Part shown: positions 42,083 through 53,855 of the stretch, piece after piece
How the letters are laid out: each line of letters begins with the position of its first letter
Numbering within the stretch: the stretch's first letter is position 1
Assembly: GCA_963810155.1 (NCBI GenBank)
Contig: CAWEMN010000016.1
Location: 131,090-195,089, forward strand
DNA from: an uncultured Acidobacteriota bacterium
GTDB lineage: Bacteria; Acidobacteriota; Terriglobia; Acidiferrales; UBA7541
DNA: 64,000 nt
Direction: 5' to 3'
Position numbers and translations under genes: made by a program
Notes under the pieces: generated by a model
The model's database searches: none
What the model saw: the letters and a program-made list of their open reading frames with translations, nothing else
Told to the model about the DNA's origin: nothing

Positions 42083-43444
42083 TCACACCCGCTTGTAATT
42101 TTCACGCCTCGCGATTCTGATCATTGCCGCTGCGCTGCGCTCAACATCCTCATCTGTGGTGGCCCAACTGGACACGCTGATCCGCATCGCCATATGCCCG
42201 TGCCACTGCGTCCCCCCAGACCAGCAGGTCCCATCCTTCTGGAGATCCGTGATGACCCGCCGCGTCTCTTCTGCGCTCCCGAACGAAACCAGTACTTGAT
42301 TCAAGACCACGTCGTTCAGGATGGTGAAGCCTGCCTCGCGCAGACGTTCCGCGAACGCCTTCGCCTGACGACAGTTTCGCTCGATCATCTCCCGTAACCC
42401 GCTGCGTCCGAGTGAGCGCATCGCTGCCCACAACTCGACCCCGCGCGCCCGCCGCGAGCTTTCCGGCGCATAGTGCCAGGGCTCGCGCCCGTCACCCGGC
42501 GTCAGATAAGCGGCACTCAGCGCCATAGCGGTGTAGAGATACTCCGGGGTCCGTACCACTGCGACACCCGAATCGTAGGGCACGTTCAGCCACTTATGGC
42601 AATCAATCGCCCAGGAATCGGCAGCGCCGGCGCCCGCCAGCAAAGGTGCGTACTGCGGTGAGACGGCTGCCCAGAGCCCGAAAGCGCCATCCACGTGCAC
42701 CCAAGAACCTGCCTCACGCGCGCGGGCACAGATTTCCCCTGCTGGATCAAACGCACCGGTGTTCACGTTTCCTGCTTGAACGCAGACCAGCGTGTTATCG
42801 TCGAGTGGAGGCAGTGCGTCCAGCCGCATTCGTCCCTGGTCGTCCGCCGGAACCCGCGTCACGCGCGACCGCCCTAGCCCCAGCATCGATAACGCCTTCA
42901 GCACCGAAACGTGAACTTCGTCGCCCACCACCACTTGAATCGGCGGCGCCCCAAACAATCCGTCCTCCTCGACGTTCCATCCGGCGTGTTTCAGTAGTGC
43001 GGTCCGCGCTGCGGCCAAGGCCGAGAAATTTGCCATCGTCGTGCCAGTAACGAATCCCGCCCCCGATCCGGACGGCAGACCCAGCAGGTCCGCCATCCAC
43101 TCCAAGACAATTTCTTCCAACTTCGCCGCTACTGGAGACATCGCTTGCATGGCCGCATTCTGGTCCCACGCTCCCGCCAGCCAGTTTGCCGCCAGAGCTG
43201 CAGGCAACGAGCCACCGACGACAAATCCGAAATAGCGGCCTCCGGTCGTCGCCACAGTCGCGGGCGACCCGATGTCATCGAGCAGCGCCAAAACCTCCGA
43301 GGGATCTGATGGCAATTGTGGCAGCGGCCCTCCCAGTTCCTCCAATCGCGCCACGCAGGCCGGCGACGGCGCGACATGACGATTGCCAATCCCCGTGACG
43401 TATCGGGCAGCTCGGTCTGCGGTCTCCGCCAACAGTTTCTTCAT
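42083..43444 (-). CDS. PLP-dependent group II decarboxylase (amino-acid decarboxylase family)
   Basis: IDCHKWLNVPYDSG PLP-lysine motif, 453 aa. Confidence 0.8.
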   Translation of the reverse strand: MKKLLAETADRAARYVTGIGNRHVAPSPACVARLEELGGPLPQLPSDPSEVLALLDDIGSPATVATTGGRYFGFVVGGSLPAALAANWLAGAWDQNAAMQAMSPVAAKLEEIVLEWMADLLGLPSGSGAGFVTGTTMANFSALAAARTALLKHAGWNVEEDGLFGAPPIQVVVGDEVHVSVLKALSMLGLGRSRVTRVPADDQGRMRLDALPPLDDNTLVCVQAGNVNTGAFDPAGEICARAREAGSWVHVDGAFGLWAAVSPQYAPLLAGAGAADSWAIDCHKWLNVPYDSGVAVVRTPEYLYTAMALSAAYLTPGDGREPWHYAPESSRRARGVELWAAMRSLGRSGLREMIERNCRQAKAFAERLREAGFTILNDVVLNQVLVSFGSAEETRRVITDLQKDGTCWSGGTQWHGHMAMRISVSSWATTDEDVERSAAAMIRIARRENYKRV

Positions 43445-43614
43445 GGATGCCTTTCTCCGGTCCTAGTCTTCAACACGTAATACGGTCGTCATCATTCCGC
43501 AAAACAGCCCTGCTATCGATACACGGGTGGCGGGTTGGTCCTTTGGGTCATCCTCCCTGACTTGAAACGCGTTCCAGCATCACGCCGCGAATCTTACCCT
43601 TTGGAGGTTTCAGA

Positions 43615-44781
43615 ATGGCATACGTCAGAGGTCTGCGCACGCTGGCCATGGTTGCCCTCTTCATCGCTTTGGGCGCCTTCAGCGCAAACGCCGACAACAT
43701 CAAGACCGTTTTCGTGATCGCGATGGAGAATCACAACTGGGCCCAGCCGGCGAATAACTTCAGCGGCGGCATTCAGCAGGTATATCTAAATCCTAACGCG
43801 CCTTACATTAATAGTCTGGTGAACGGAACGTCGGCCATCAGCTCACAGGTCTCTTTCGCCACCGCCTACCATAATGTTTTGGCCACTCCCAGCGGAAACA
43901 ACCCCCATATTCATCCTTCCGAGCCCAACTACCTCTGGGCGGAGGCCGGCACCAATTTTGGCGTGCTCAATGACAACGACCCCTTCAAGGCTTCGGGCGG
44001 CACAAATCAGAACACCGACCAGCACCTGGTCAGTTTCCTCACCAAGGCTGGAAGGACCTGGAGATCGTATCAGGAGGACGTTGACGTTGATCTGAGCACC
44101 AACGTCCCTCTGCCGCGGAATCAGTGGACCGTTCCGCTGGCCAGTTTCTCGGGCCACTTTGCCACTGGCGTCAACGCATACAACGGCTCCAATCAATATA
44201 ACTACGCCGCGAAACACAACCCCATGGTCTTCTTCACCGATACCAACGGCGGTAACGATCCGACTCCCTCGAATCCGTTATCCCAGCAATACGCGCCGCT
44301 GCAGCAGTTGGCCATTGACCTGGCCAATAACACGGTCGCCGATTACAACTGGATCACGCCGAACCAATACAACGATATGCACACCGCACTCACCGGCGGC
44401 TACAAAGGTCTGGTCGGCGACGCGGCAAATATCAAGCAGGGCGACGACTTCCTGAGCCAGATCATCCCCATGATCATGGCGTCGGATGCCTACAAGAACC
44501 ACGGCGTGATCATCATCTGGTGGGACGAATCCGAATCCGACGGCGTCGCCGACGACAACGCCGACAGGTTTGACCACACGATCGGCGAGATCGTCATCTC
44601 TCAGCACGCTCACGGCAACAACGGCCTCCCCTACGCGAGCCCGGTCGAGTTCACGCACTCCTCCGATTTGCGTACCATGCAGGAGATCTTCCGCGTGGGA
44701 GGACCGCTTCTCGGTGATGCCGTCAACGCCACCGACCTGTCCGACTTGTTCGGCCCGGGTTCGGTCCCGAAGAAGCCCTAA
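43615..44781 (+). CDS. secreted phosphoesterase family protein (acid phosphatase/non-haemolytic phospholipase C family)
   Basis: Signal peptide; VFVIAMENHNW N-terminal motif and IIIWWDESESDG region typical of PF04185-type phosphoesterases. Confidence 0.7.
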   Translation: MAYVRGLRTLAMVALFIALGAFSANADNIKTVFVIAMENHNWAQPANNFSGGIQQVYLNPNAPYINSLVNGTSAISSQVSFATAYHNVLATPSGNNPHIHPSEPNYLWAEAGTNFGVLNDNDPFKASGGTNQNTDQHLVSFLTKAGRTWRSYQEDVDVDLSTNVPLPRNQWTVPLASFSGHFATGVNAYNGSNQYNYAAKHNPMVFFTDTNGGNDPTPSNPLSQQYAPLQQLAIDLANNTVADYNWITPNQYNDMHTALTGGYKGLVGDAANIKQGDDFLSQIIPMIMASDAYKNHGVIIIWWDESESDGVADDNADRFDHTIGEIVISQHAHGNNGLPYASPVEFTHSSDLRTMQEIFRVGGPLLGDAVNATDLSDLFGPGSVPKKP

Positions 44782-44813
44782 CCGCGCGCTCGATTCACCA
44801 CCGCTACTGGTTC

Positions 44814-44864
44814 GATGTTTTCGGTAGTGATGATGTTTTCGGTAGTGATGATGTTTCGGCAGTG
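44814..44864. repeat. 18-bp tandem repeat x2.8 (gatgttttcggtagtgat)
   Basis: Direct tandem copies immediately downstream of the phosphoesterase stop. Confidence 0.6.
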
Positions 44865-45252
44865 CTTGCCCAGGCGTAGAGATCGGGGGTCGCGGGAGGA
44901 GGACCAACGAGAAGACCAGCGATCTCTGCGCTTCGGCTCTTCCGGGTATAGCCAGCACGCCGTGCCGTTCGAATCTCACCCCCGAGTCTCAATTCTCCTT
45001 CCCGGCCCATTCGAATACTACAAGGGCACTACAAATAATATTGATGACTAGATGATACTATGCTATACTCGCGCATGTTCTTCGGTAATCCGTCGCGTTT
45101 AGCTCCGCCATTTTCGGCTCTCACTTTGTGCAGCCCGCGCCCCCTATCAACGCTTACTTCGTCGCTTTCTTTGGTCGTGACGCGGCGGTGCTTTCTGACT
45201 TTCAACTTTCGACGACGAACCGCCAATCCCTATGTGTCTCACCTCAAGCCGC

Positions 45253-45356
45253 GCAGAATGAACACTTGTGCAAAAGTCGGCTACAACTCTTCTGCAATGA
45301 ACACTTACGCAAACCTTGGAGTTTCAACCCTTGCAGAATGAACACTTGCGCAAAAA
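45253..45356. promoter_or_regulatory. three direct copies of a ~22-bp motif GCAGAATGAACACTTG(T/C)GCAAAA at exact 40-bp spacing (candidate operator array)
   Basis: Copies at 45253-45276, 45293-45315, 45333-45356; third copy contains the perfect palindrome TTGCGCAA; located ~90-190 bp upstream of the ABC-F start. Confidence 0.5.
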
Positions 45357-45426
45357 TGGGTGGGGGGTACCGGTGCAAAATCGACTTCACCGCTTCCACA
45401 GGCCGCAAGCGCGGGCCGCAATCACT

Positions 45427-45435
45427 TGGTATAAT
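45427..45435 (+). promoter_or_regulatory. extended -10 promoter element TGGTATAAT
   Basis: TGnTATAAT match 9 nt upstream of the TTG start of the ABC-F gene; in-frame TAA at 45432-45434 precludes a longer N-terminus. Confidence 0.35.
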
Positions 45436-45443
45436 GGCTGACT

Positions 45444-47079
45444 TTGCTTTCCGTCAATAACATCTCGATGCGCTTCGGCGAGCGGCGTCTCTTTGAGGAC
45501 GTCACCTGTAGCTTTATGGCCGGGCGCCGCTACGCCATCACCGGGCCCAATGGCGCCGGCAAGTCCACTCTTATGAAGATCCTGACCCAGGAGATCGAGC
45601 CTTCCAAGGGTTCGGTCACGCGGCCGAAGAAACTCGGCGTCCTGCGGCAGGACCAGTTTGCCTTCGACAAGTTCCGCGTCATTGACACCGTCATCATGGG
45701 CAATGCCCCGCTGTGGAAGGCTCTCGAGGAGCGCGACGCGCTCTACGCCAAACCGCACGACCAGCTGACCGACAAGGAAGGCATGCGCCTGGGCGAACTC
45801 GAAGGCATCATCGGCGAAGAGGGCGGCTACACGGCGGAAGCCGATGCCGCCGTGCTGCTCGATGGACTGGGCCTGGAAGGCGACGACCTGCACGAGCGCA
45901 CCATGAGCGAACTGCAGGGCGGACAGAAGGTTCGCGTGCTGCTGGCGCAGGCGCTCTTTGGCACTCCGCCGGCCCTGCTGCTGGACGAACCGACCAACCA
46001 CTTGGACCTCGATTCGGTGCACTGGCTGCAGGATTATCTCTGCGCCTACGAAGGCGTGCTCATCGTGATCTCGCACGACCGCCATTTTCTGAATAGCGTC
46101 TGCACGCACATGCGCGGATATCGATTACGAAACCGTCATCATGTACACCGGCGGGTACGACGATATGGTCATCGCCAAGACGCAGATCCGCGCCAGCATC
46201 GAGGCGCAGAATGCCGTGCGCGAAAAGAAAATCGCGCAGTTGAATCAGTTCATCGCGCGCTTTTCGGCGGGCACGCGCTCCTCGCAGGTGATGTCGCGCA
46301 AGAAAGAAGTCGAGCGCATCCAGACCACGGAGCTCGCGCGCTCCAATATCCAGCGGCCTTACATGCGCTTCGACATGAAGCGGGCCTCGGGGCGGCATCC
46401 CCTGGAAATCAAGAGCGTCGCGAAATCTTACGACGGCCTGAAAGTCATCCCGCGCTTCACGGCGAGCGTCACGCGCGGCGAGAAGATCGCGCTGACCGGC
46501 CGCAACGGCACCGGCAAAACCACGCTGCTGAAGTCGCTGATCCGGAACGCGACCGGATACATCGACGACGCGGAGAAGCATTTCGCGATCGACGGCGGCA
46601 CGGTCATCTGGGGCCACGAAGTGGCCGTCGGCTACTTCGCGCAGGACCACACCGACTCCATCGTCAAGGGAACGACCGTAATCGACTGGCTGCAGCAGTT
46701 CGATCAGCAGGCAACGCAGCAGGAGCTGCGCGGCCTGCTGGGCCGCATGCTCTTCAGCGGCGAAGACGCTCTCAAGCCCACGGGCGCGCTTTCCGGCGGA
46801 GAGTCCGCGCGGCTGATTTTCTGCAAGCTGATGCTGCAGAAACCGAACTTCCTGGTGCTCGACGAACCCACCAACCACTTGGACCTGGAATCCATCAACG
46901 CGCTCAACATTGCCTTGCAGAAATACGACGGGACGGTGCTGCTCGTGACCCACGACTACGACGTCATCGACGAAGTCGCCACGCGCATCTGGCATATCGA
47001 GGGCGGACACATCGAGGACTTCAAGGGGCCGTACTCGGAGTACGTCGCTTACGTCCAGCAAAAAGAGAAAGTCTCTTAG
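45444..47079 (+). CDS. ABC-F family ATPase (Uup/YbiT-like translation factor); frameshift ~46111-46116
   Basis: Two ABC cassettes (GPNGAGKST, LSGGQKVRVLLA, LLLDEPTNHLD; GRNGTGKTT, LSGGESARL, LVLDEPTNHLD) with inter-domain linker; second half (46141-47079) is in a different frame. Confidence 0.75.
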
Positions 47080-47182
47080 GTTAAGGGAATTTACCGCAGC
47101 TCTCCGCCTCTCTGACACGAAAACAACGTCAGCACGACCCGGGTAAGGTAAACTCCTCCATCATTTCGGGACTGGAGTTGCC

Positions 47183-48571
47183 ATGGCACCGGCACCGAGC
47201 CGCCCGCTAGCCACAGAAGCCGCCAACGCGCCGATCACACCGGCCAAAGTCAAAATCTGGCAGATGACTCCCACGGAGTGGCTGATCTGTGCGGTCGCGG
47301 CCATCGGGTTTGCCTTCGATACTTACGAACTTCTGGTTTTGACGCTGATCGTGCGGCCGGCGTTGACGGAGCTGCTGCCGCCGACCGCCGGCCCCGATGT
47401 GTTCAATCGCTGGGTAGGAATCCTCTTTTACGTTCCCGCGATTGCCGGCGGCGTGTTCGGGCTGCTGGGGGGCTATCTCACCGATCTGCTGGGGCGCCGG
47501 CGCGTCCTGCTGTGGAGCATTTTGCTTTACGGCATTTGCACTTTCGCGACGGCTTACGTTACGAGCCCGGGTCAATACTTGCTGCTGCGCTGCGGGACGT
47601 TTGTGGGCGTCTCGGTGGAGTTCGTGGCCGCGACGGCATGGCTCGCGGAGTTATTTACGCGGCGCGAGCAGCGCGAAGCCGTGATCGGCTATACGCAGGG
47701 TTTCGCCTCCACCGGCGGGCTGCTGATCAGCGCCGCATATTATCTCGCTGTGACCTACAGCCAGCGGCTGCCCATGATTCACGGCGGGCACCAGGCCTGG
47801 CGCTACACCGTGATCTCCGGATTGATTCCCGCGATTCCGCTGCTTCTGCTGCGCCCCTTTCTTCCCGAATCGCCCATCTGGAAAAAGAAGAAGGCCGAAG
47901 GGACGCTGAAGCGACCCAGCCTCGCGGAGCTTTTCCGTCCGGCATTTCGCAAGACGGCGCTGATTACCTGCCTCATGATGGCCTGCTCTTACGCCGGATC
48001 GTTTGGCATGTTGCAGCATTTCGCCAGAATTATTCCCGGCACGCCGAGCGTGAGAATCCTGTCGCGGACGGCCCAGGAGCAGCGTGTGACGAAGCTGCAA
48101 GGCTGGCAGGAGTTAGGCGGCTTGGGCGGGCGCTTGTTGATGGCTTTTCTGGCCGTGTACGTTTTGAGCCGCAGGCGGCTGCTGCGAATATTTCAGATTC
48201 CCGGCTTGCTACTGATCCCGCTGGTGATGTTCCTGCCGGCGAGCCGGGACGGAAATATGTCCACCGCGGGAATTTTCGCGCTGGGGCTTTTGACCATTGC
48301 CCAGTTCAGCTTTTGGGGAAACTATCTGCCGCTGGTTTATCCGACGTATTTGCGAGGTACGGGCGAAGCATTTGCAGCAAATATCGGAGGGCGGATGCTG
48401 GGCACGTCCGCGGCGATGATCGTGACCTCGATTGTCGCGTTGATGCCCGGGGGCAGCGCCAGCCGCCAGCTTGCGTACGCGGCGGGGTTCGTCGGACTGC
48501 TTTCTTACCTGATTGGCTTTGCGGCGAGCTTCTGGCTGCCGGAGCCTTCGCTCGAAGTCACGCCCGACTAG
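47183..48571 (+). CDS. MFS transporter
   Basis: 462 aa, 12 TM pattern, MFS motif A region (GYLTDLLGRRRVLLWS). Confidence 0.8.
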   Translation: MAPAPSRPLATEAANAPITPAKVKIWQMTPTEWLICAVAAIGFAFDTYELLVLTLIVRPALTELLPPTAGPDVFNRWVGILFYVPAIAGGVFGLLGGYLTDLLGRRRVLLWSILLYGICTFATAYVTSPGQYLLLRCGTFVGVSVEFVAATAWLAELFTRREQREAVIGYTQGFASTGGLLISAAYYLAVTYSQRLPMIHGGHQAWRYTVISGLIPAIPLLLLRPFLPESPIWKKKKAEGTLKRPSLAELFRPAFRKTALITCLMMACSYAGSFGMLQHFARIIPGTPSVRILSRTAQEQRVTKLQGWQELGGLGGRLLMAFLAVYVLSRRRLLRIFQIPGLLLIPLVMFLPASRDGNMSTAGIFALGLLTIAQFSFWGNYLPLVYPTYLRGTGEAFAANIGGRMLGTSAAMIVTSIVALMPGGSASRQLAYAAGFVGLLSYLIGFAASFWLPEPSLEVTPD

Positions 48572-49584
48572 CGCAATTTGAGGCGAGGGATGAGGCGGCG
48601 GGCGTTGCCCTCGTAAATTTTGCGGCTGTCCGCCTCGGGAAGTTGCAAGGCATCGAGCGAGCGGATGGTCTCACGAGTGTAGCCGGGTCCTTTTTCCGGA
48701 TCGAATGGAGAGTCGGAAGCGAAAAGGACGTGATCGACGCCGAAGAAGTCGAGGCCGCAGCGCAGGGCAGCTCCCGATCCAAACGTGGCCGTATCGGCGT
48801 AGAACATTTTGAAATAGTCCTGGGGGCGCTTTTTCAGGCGGCGCAAGTGAGCCGAGAGGTCTTCCTCTTCGGTGCGCGCGCCGAGTTGATCGAGGCCGGG
48901 GCCGGTGCGTCCTGAAAAATACGGAACCATGCCGCCCAAATGATGAGTGATGATTTTCAGGTTTGGGAAGCGGTCGAAATATCCGGCGAAGACGATGCGC
49001 GCCATGAAAATGCTGGTCTCGTAGGGCCAGCCGAAAACCCACCACAGCTCATATTTTGATTTCTTTTCGGTCTGATAATCGGGAAAGCCCGCGCCGCGCG
49101 CGGGATGAACCCAGATGGGCGCGTCGAGTTCCGCCATTTTCGCAAAGATGGGCAGAAACTCGGGCTCATCGAGAGGCCGTCCATTCACGTTGGTGTAGAT
49201 CTGCACGCCCACAGCGCCAAGAGTATTTACGGCGCGCTCGATCTCTTTCACCGCGGCATCGGGATTGTTCATGGGCAGGGCGGCGATGAATCCGGCAAAG
49301 CGGCTGGGATGCTTGGCCACAAGCTCGGCCAAACCGTCGTTGGCCAACGCGGCGAGCTCTGGAGATTTTTGCGGATCGCCGATGGCTTCGATGGGCGGCG
49401 CCGGAAGGCAGGGCACCTGAATGTAGTCCCGGAATTCGTCCATCATGCGAAAGCGCAGGTCGAGATCGATGAGCGAAGGAATTTCGGTGACGCGCTTCTT
49501 GATGGTGGAGCCGCGCTCGGGAGTGACCAAAAGGCGTTCGTAGAACTTTTTCGGGAAGACGTGGCAGAAGATGTCGATTTTCAT
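48568..49584 (-). CDS. amidohydrolase-2 family protein (ACMSD/LigW-type metal-dependent decarboxylase or hydrolase)
   Basis: 338 aa; N-terminal IDIFCHVFP (His-x-His metal ligands) and overall PF04909 pattern. Confidence 0.7.
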   Translation of the reverse strand: MKIDIFCHVFPKKFYERLLVTPERGSTIKKRVTEIPSLIDLDLRFRMMDEFRDYIQVPCLPAPPIEAIGDPQKSPELAALANDGLAELVAKHPSRFAGFIAALPMNNPDAAVKEIERAVNTLGAVGVQIYTNVNGRPLDEPEFLPIFAKMAELDAPIWVHPARGAGFPDYQTEKKSKYELWWVFGWPYETSIFMARIVFAGYFDRFPNLKIITHHLGGMVPYFSGRTGPGLDQLGARTEEEDLSAHLRRLKKRPQDYFKMFYADTATFGSGAALRCGLDFFGVDHVLFASDSPFDPEKGPGYTRETIRSLDALQLPEADSRKIYEGNARRLIPRLKLR

Positions 49585-49724
49585 CAGGGCCTCAGACGAA
49601 TCGTAGAACCCGAGATTTCCTTATTTCGCTCGGCAGCATCGCCGGGCTGTGCGCCGTGGAAACTAACAAGCGCGCAAGCGGATGTCAACGCCGTGAAGGG
49701 CTGTGGCGAAGGGCACATTGTGTC

Positions 49725-49823
49725 GCCCCCGAACGGGGCTCGGACCTATATGCCACCCCCTTCCCAGCGCTGCCGCGCTGGGCTACGTTGTTTCGCCCCT
49801 AACGGGGCTCCTCGTATGAGCCA
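49725..49823. repeat. REP-like intergenic hairpin repeats
   Basis: Two copies of tTGTnTCGCCCCnnAACGGGGCTC (GCCCC/GGGGC stems) flanking a third hairpin CCCAGCGC-tgcc-GCGCTGGG. Confidence 0.5.
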
Positions 49824-49856
49824 CACCGGAAAACCTTGATTGTCGTCCGACTGCGT

Positions 49857-51845
<1,989 letters not shown>

Positions 51846-52024
51846 GCTTTCTGACGGCGCGAGCGCGATTTTGGCCGAGAAATGCGCCAAGGAAGCGACT
51901 CTAACTGCCGCGAAGTCAGGGGTCAAGCGAGTGGAGCGAAGGGCTGGACGGCGGAGGCCGGTGCGAACCGCGCGAAATATTTTCGCCTGCTGGTGAGACA
52001 AAATGTGCAAGAGTAAGTCTCTTC

Positions 52025-53287
52025 ATGGCCGGAAGCCAAAATACCAGGCGCGGAGCGCGCATCGCCTTCAGCTATCCGAGTTTCGTGCGTTACCTCGGGG
52101 CTCGCATCTTGTCGGTCGTCGCGCTGCAAATGCAGTCGGTGGCGGTTGGCTGGCAAGTGTACGAAATTACGCGGAGTCCACTGGCGCTGGGGCTGACGGG
52201 ACTGGCGCAGTTTCTTCCCGGCATACTGCTGTTTCTGGTCTCCGGGCACGCGGCAGATCGCATCGCCCGCCAGAAGCTGGTGGTGGGCTGCTTCGCGGCG
52301 TACACGGTTTGTTCCGGCGCGCTCTTGTTCATCCAGAGGGGCGGAGTGCATTCCGCGCGGCCGATTTACGTGATTCTGGTAGCGCTGGGTATCGCGCGGG
52401 CTTTCAGCGGGCCGGCCACGCGCGCGCTGCTGCCGATCCTGATTCCGGCGGAGGATTTTCCGAGCGCGGTGGCGTGGGAAGCTTCGCTGATGCAAACCGC
52501 CACGGTGCTTGGACCGGCACTGGGCGGAGTGCTCTACGCAATTTTTCGCGGGCCGCAGGCGGTGTACGCGACGGCGATGATCGCGTGCGCCGCATCGGCC
52601 GTATTCGCCATGGGCATCGGAGCACGCGGCCCTACGCGGCCTCCGCAAACTTTTACTGTGCGGACTGTACTTGCGGGCCTGCGGTACATCTGGCAGCAGA
52701 AGGTGATCCTCGGATCGGTGTCGCTGGATCTATTTGCCGTGCTGCTGGGCGGCGCGGTGGCGCTGCTTCCCGTGTATGCCGGCGAGATTCTCAGAACCGG
52801 GCCCTGGGGGCTGGGACTGCTGCGCAGCGCTCCGGGAGCGGGTGCGGCGGCCATGGCGGTGCTGCTGGCCAACAAGCCGCTGCGGCGCAGGGCGGGCGCG
52901 ACGATGTTGTGGTGCGTGGCGGGCTTCGGAGCGTTTACGGTGGTGTTTGGGCTTTCGCGGAACTTTACGCTCTCGCTGATCTCGCTTCTTTTCGTCGGCG
53001 CCACGGATATGGTGAGCGTGGTGACTCGCGGAACGCTGGTGCAACTCAGCACGCCGGATGAAATGCGCGGCCGCGTGAACGCGGTGGAGATGATGTTCAT
53101 CGGCGCATCCAACGAGTTGGGGCAATTTGAGTCCGGGATCACGGCGCAATGGTTGGGAACCGTGCCCGCAGTCGTGGTGGGAGGCTTGGGCGCATTAGTG
53201 GTGACGGCTTTGTGGGCCTGGGGATTTCCGGAACTGAGGAGGGCGGAGCAGCCCGGAATGCCGGAAATGGCGGAGCCCCAAACCTGA
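52025..53287 (+). CDS. MFS transporter
   Basis: 420 aa, 12 TM, MFS motif (GHAADRIARQKLV). Confidence 0.8.
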   Translation: MAGSQNTRRGARIAFSYPSFVRYLGARILSVVALQMQSVAVGWQVYEITRSPLALGLTGLAQFLPGILLFLVSGHAADRIARQKLVVGCFAAYTVCSGALLFIQRGGVHSARPIYVILVALGIARAFSGPATRALLPILIPAEDFPSAVAWEASLMQTATVLGPALGGVLYAIFRGPQAVYATAMIACAASAVFAMGIGARGPTRPPQTFTVRTVLAGLRYIWQQKVILGSVSLDLFAVLLGGAVALLPVYAGEILRTGPWGLGLLRSAPGAGAAAMAVLLANKPLRRRAGATMLWCVAGFGAFTVVFGLSRNFTLSLISLLFVGATDMVSVVTRGTLVQLSTPDEMRGRVNAVEMMFIGASNELGQFESGITAQWLGTVPAVVVGGLGALVVTALWAWGFPELRRAEQPGMPEMAEPQT

Positions 53288-53553
53288 TTTTGCGGTAGGA
53301 ATTCTTGGCCCCGCTGCTCGAATGCGACGGTTGGGCCCTGCGTCAGAGAAATCACGTTAGGACAGAGGGATGCTCAGGGTTCCGCGTACTGTCCGCCGTC
53401 TGAGTTTCATATCGCAAGCCGCCACTGCTAATATGTTTACCTTGTACTTTGTTTATACAATGTATATATTCTATAGATATTGGAGGTTTCTAAGATGTCC
53501 AAAGATGTTAAATCTCTGCGACTATTAAGCGGCAGGTTGAGGCAGGCGTTGTA

Positions 53554-53709
53554 ATGAATCCATCGAGCTCTTACACCGAGATTACTCTCAGTCGCTTGCG
53601 ACACCGCCTTAGCGAGATGCTTAATCGGGTCCAGTACGGCAGAGAATGCGTGTTGGTGACGAATTACGGCAAAAGAGTCGCTCTACTTGTCCCCGTTCCG
53701 AAGGAATAG
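53554..53709 (+). CDS. Phd/YefM-type antitoxin-like small protein (51 aa)
   Basis: MNPSSSYTEITLSRLRHRLSEMLNRVQYGRECVLVTNYGKRVALLVPVPKE: antitoxin-like pattern; sits in a low-GC islet. Confidence 0.5.
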   Translation: MNPSSSYTEITLSRLRHRLSEMLNRVQYGRECVLVTNYGKRVALLVPVPKE

Positions 53710-53720
53710 GAGATGAAACA

Positions 53721-53855
53721 ATGAAGATATCGAGCACGCTGCAAGGGCTCCGCTTGGTTGGCCAGGCAGAAGGTGACAGGCGTACCTATTACGTATATCA
53801 GGGCGACGGACCTTACGTCGTTGCATCCCGAACGACCGAGGCGGACTTAATGTGA
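53721..53855 (+). CDS. small ORF (44 aa), possible remnant of a RelE/ParE-like toxin
   Basis: GGAG RBS; MKISSTLQGLRLVGQAEGDRRTYYVYQGDGPYVVASRTTEADLM; the short length suggests truncation. Confidence 0.25.
   Translation: MKISSTLQGLRLVGQAEGDRRTYYVYQGDGPYVVASRTTEADLM

Noticed and set aside
44900-44960. tRNA-like TTCGAATC T-loop-like string (…gccgTTCGAATCtcacccccgag…)
   Set aside because: No complementary T-stem (no GG…CC flanks), no acceptor stem or anticodon arm can be built; chance match
47278-48915. 545 aa plus-strand Arg/Ala-rich ORF
   Set aside because: Alternative frame of the MFS transporter (47183-48571) and antisense of the amidohydrolase; no motifs
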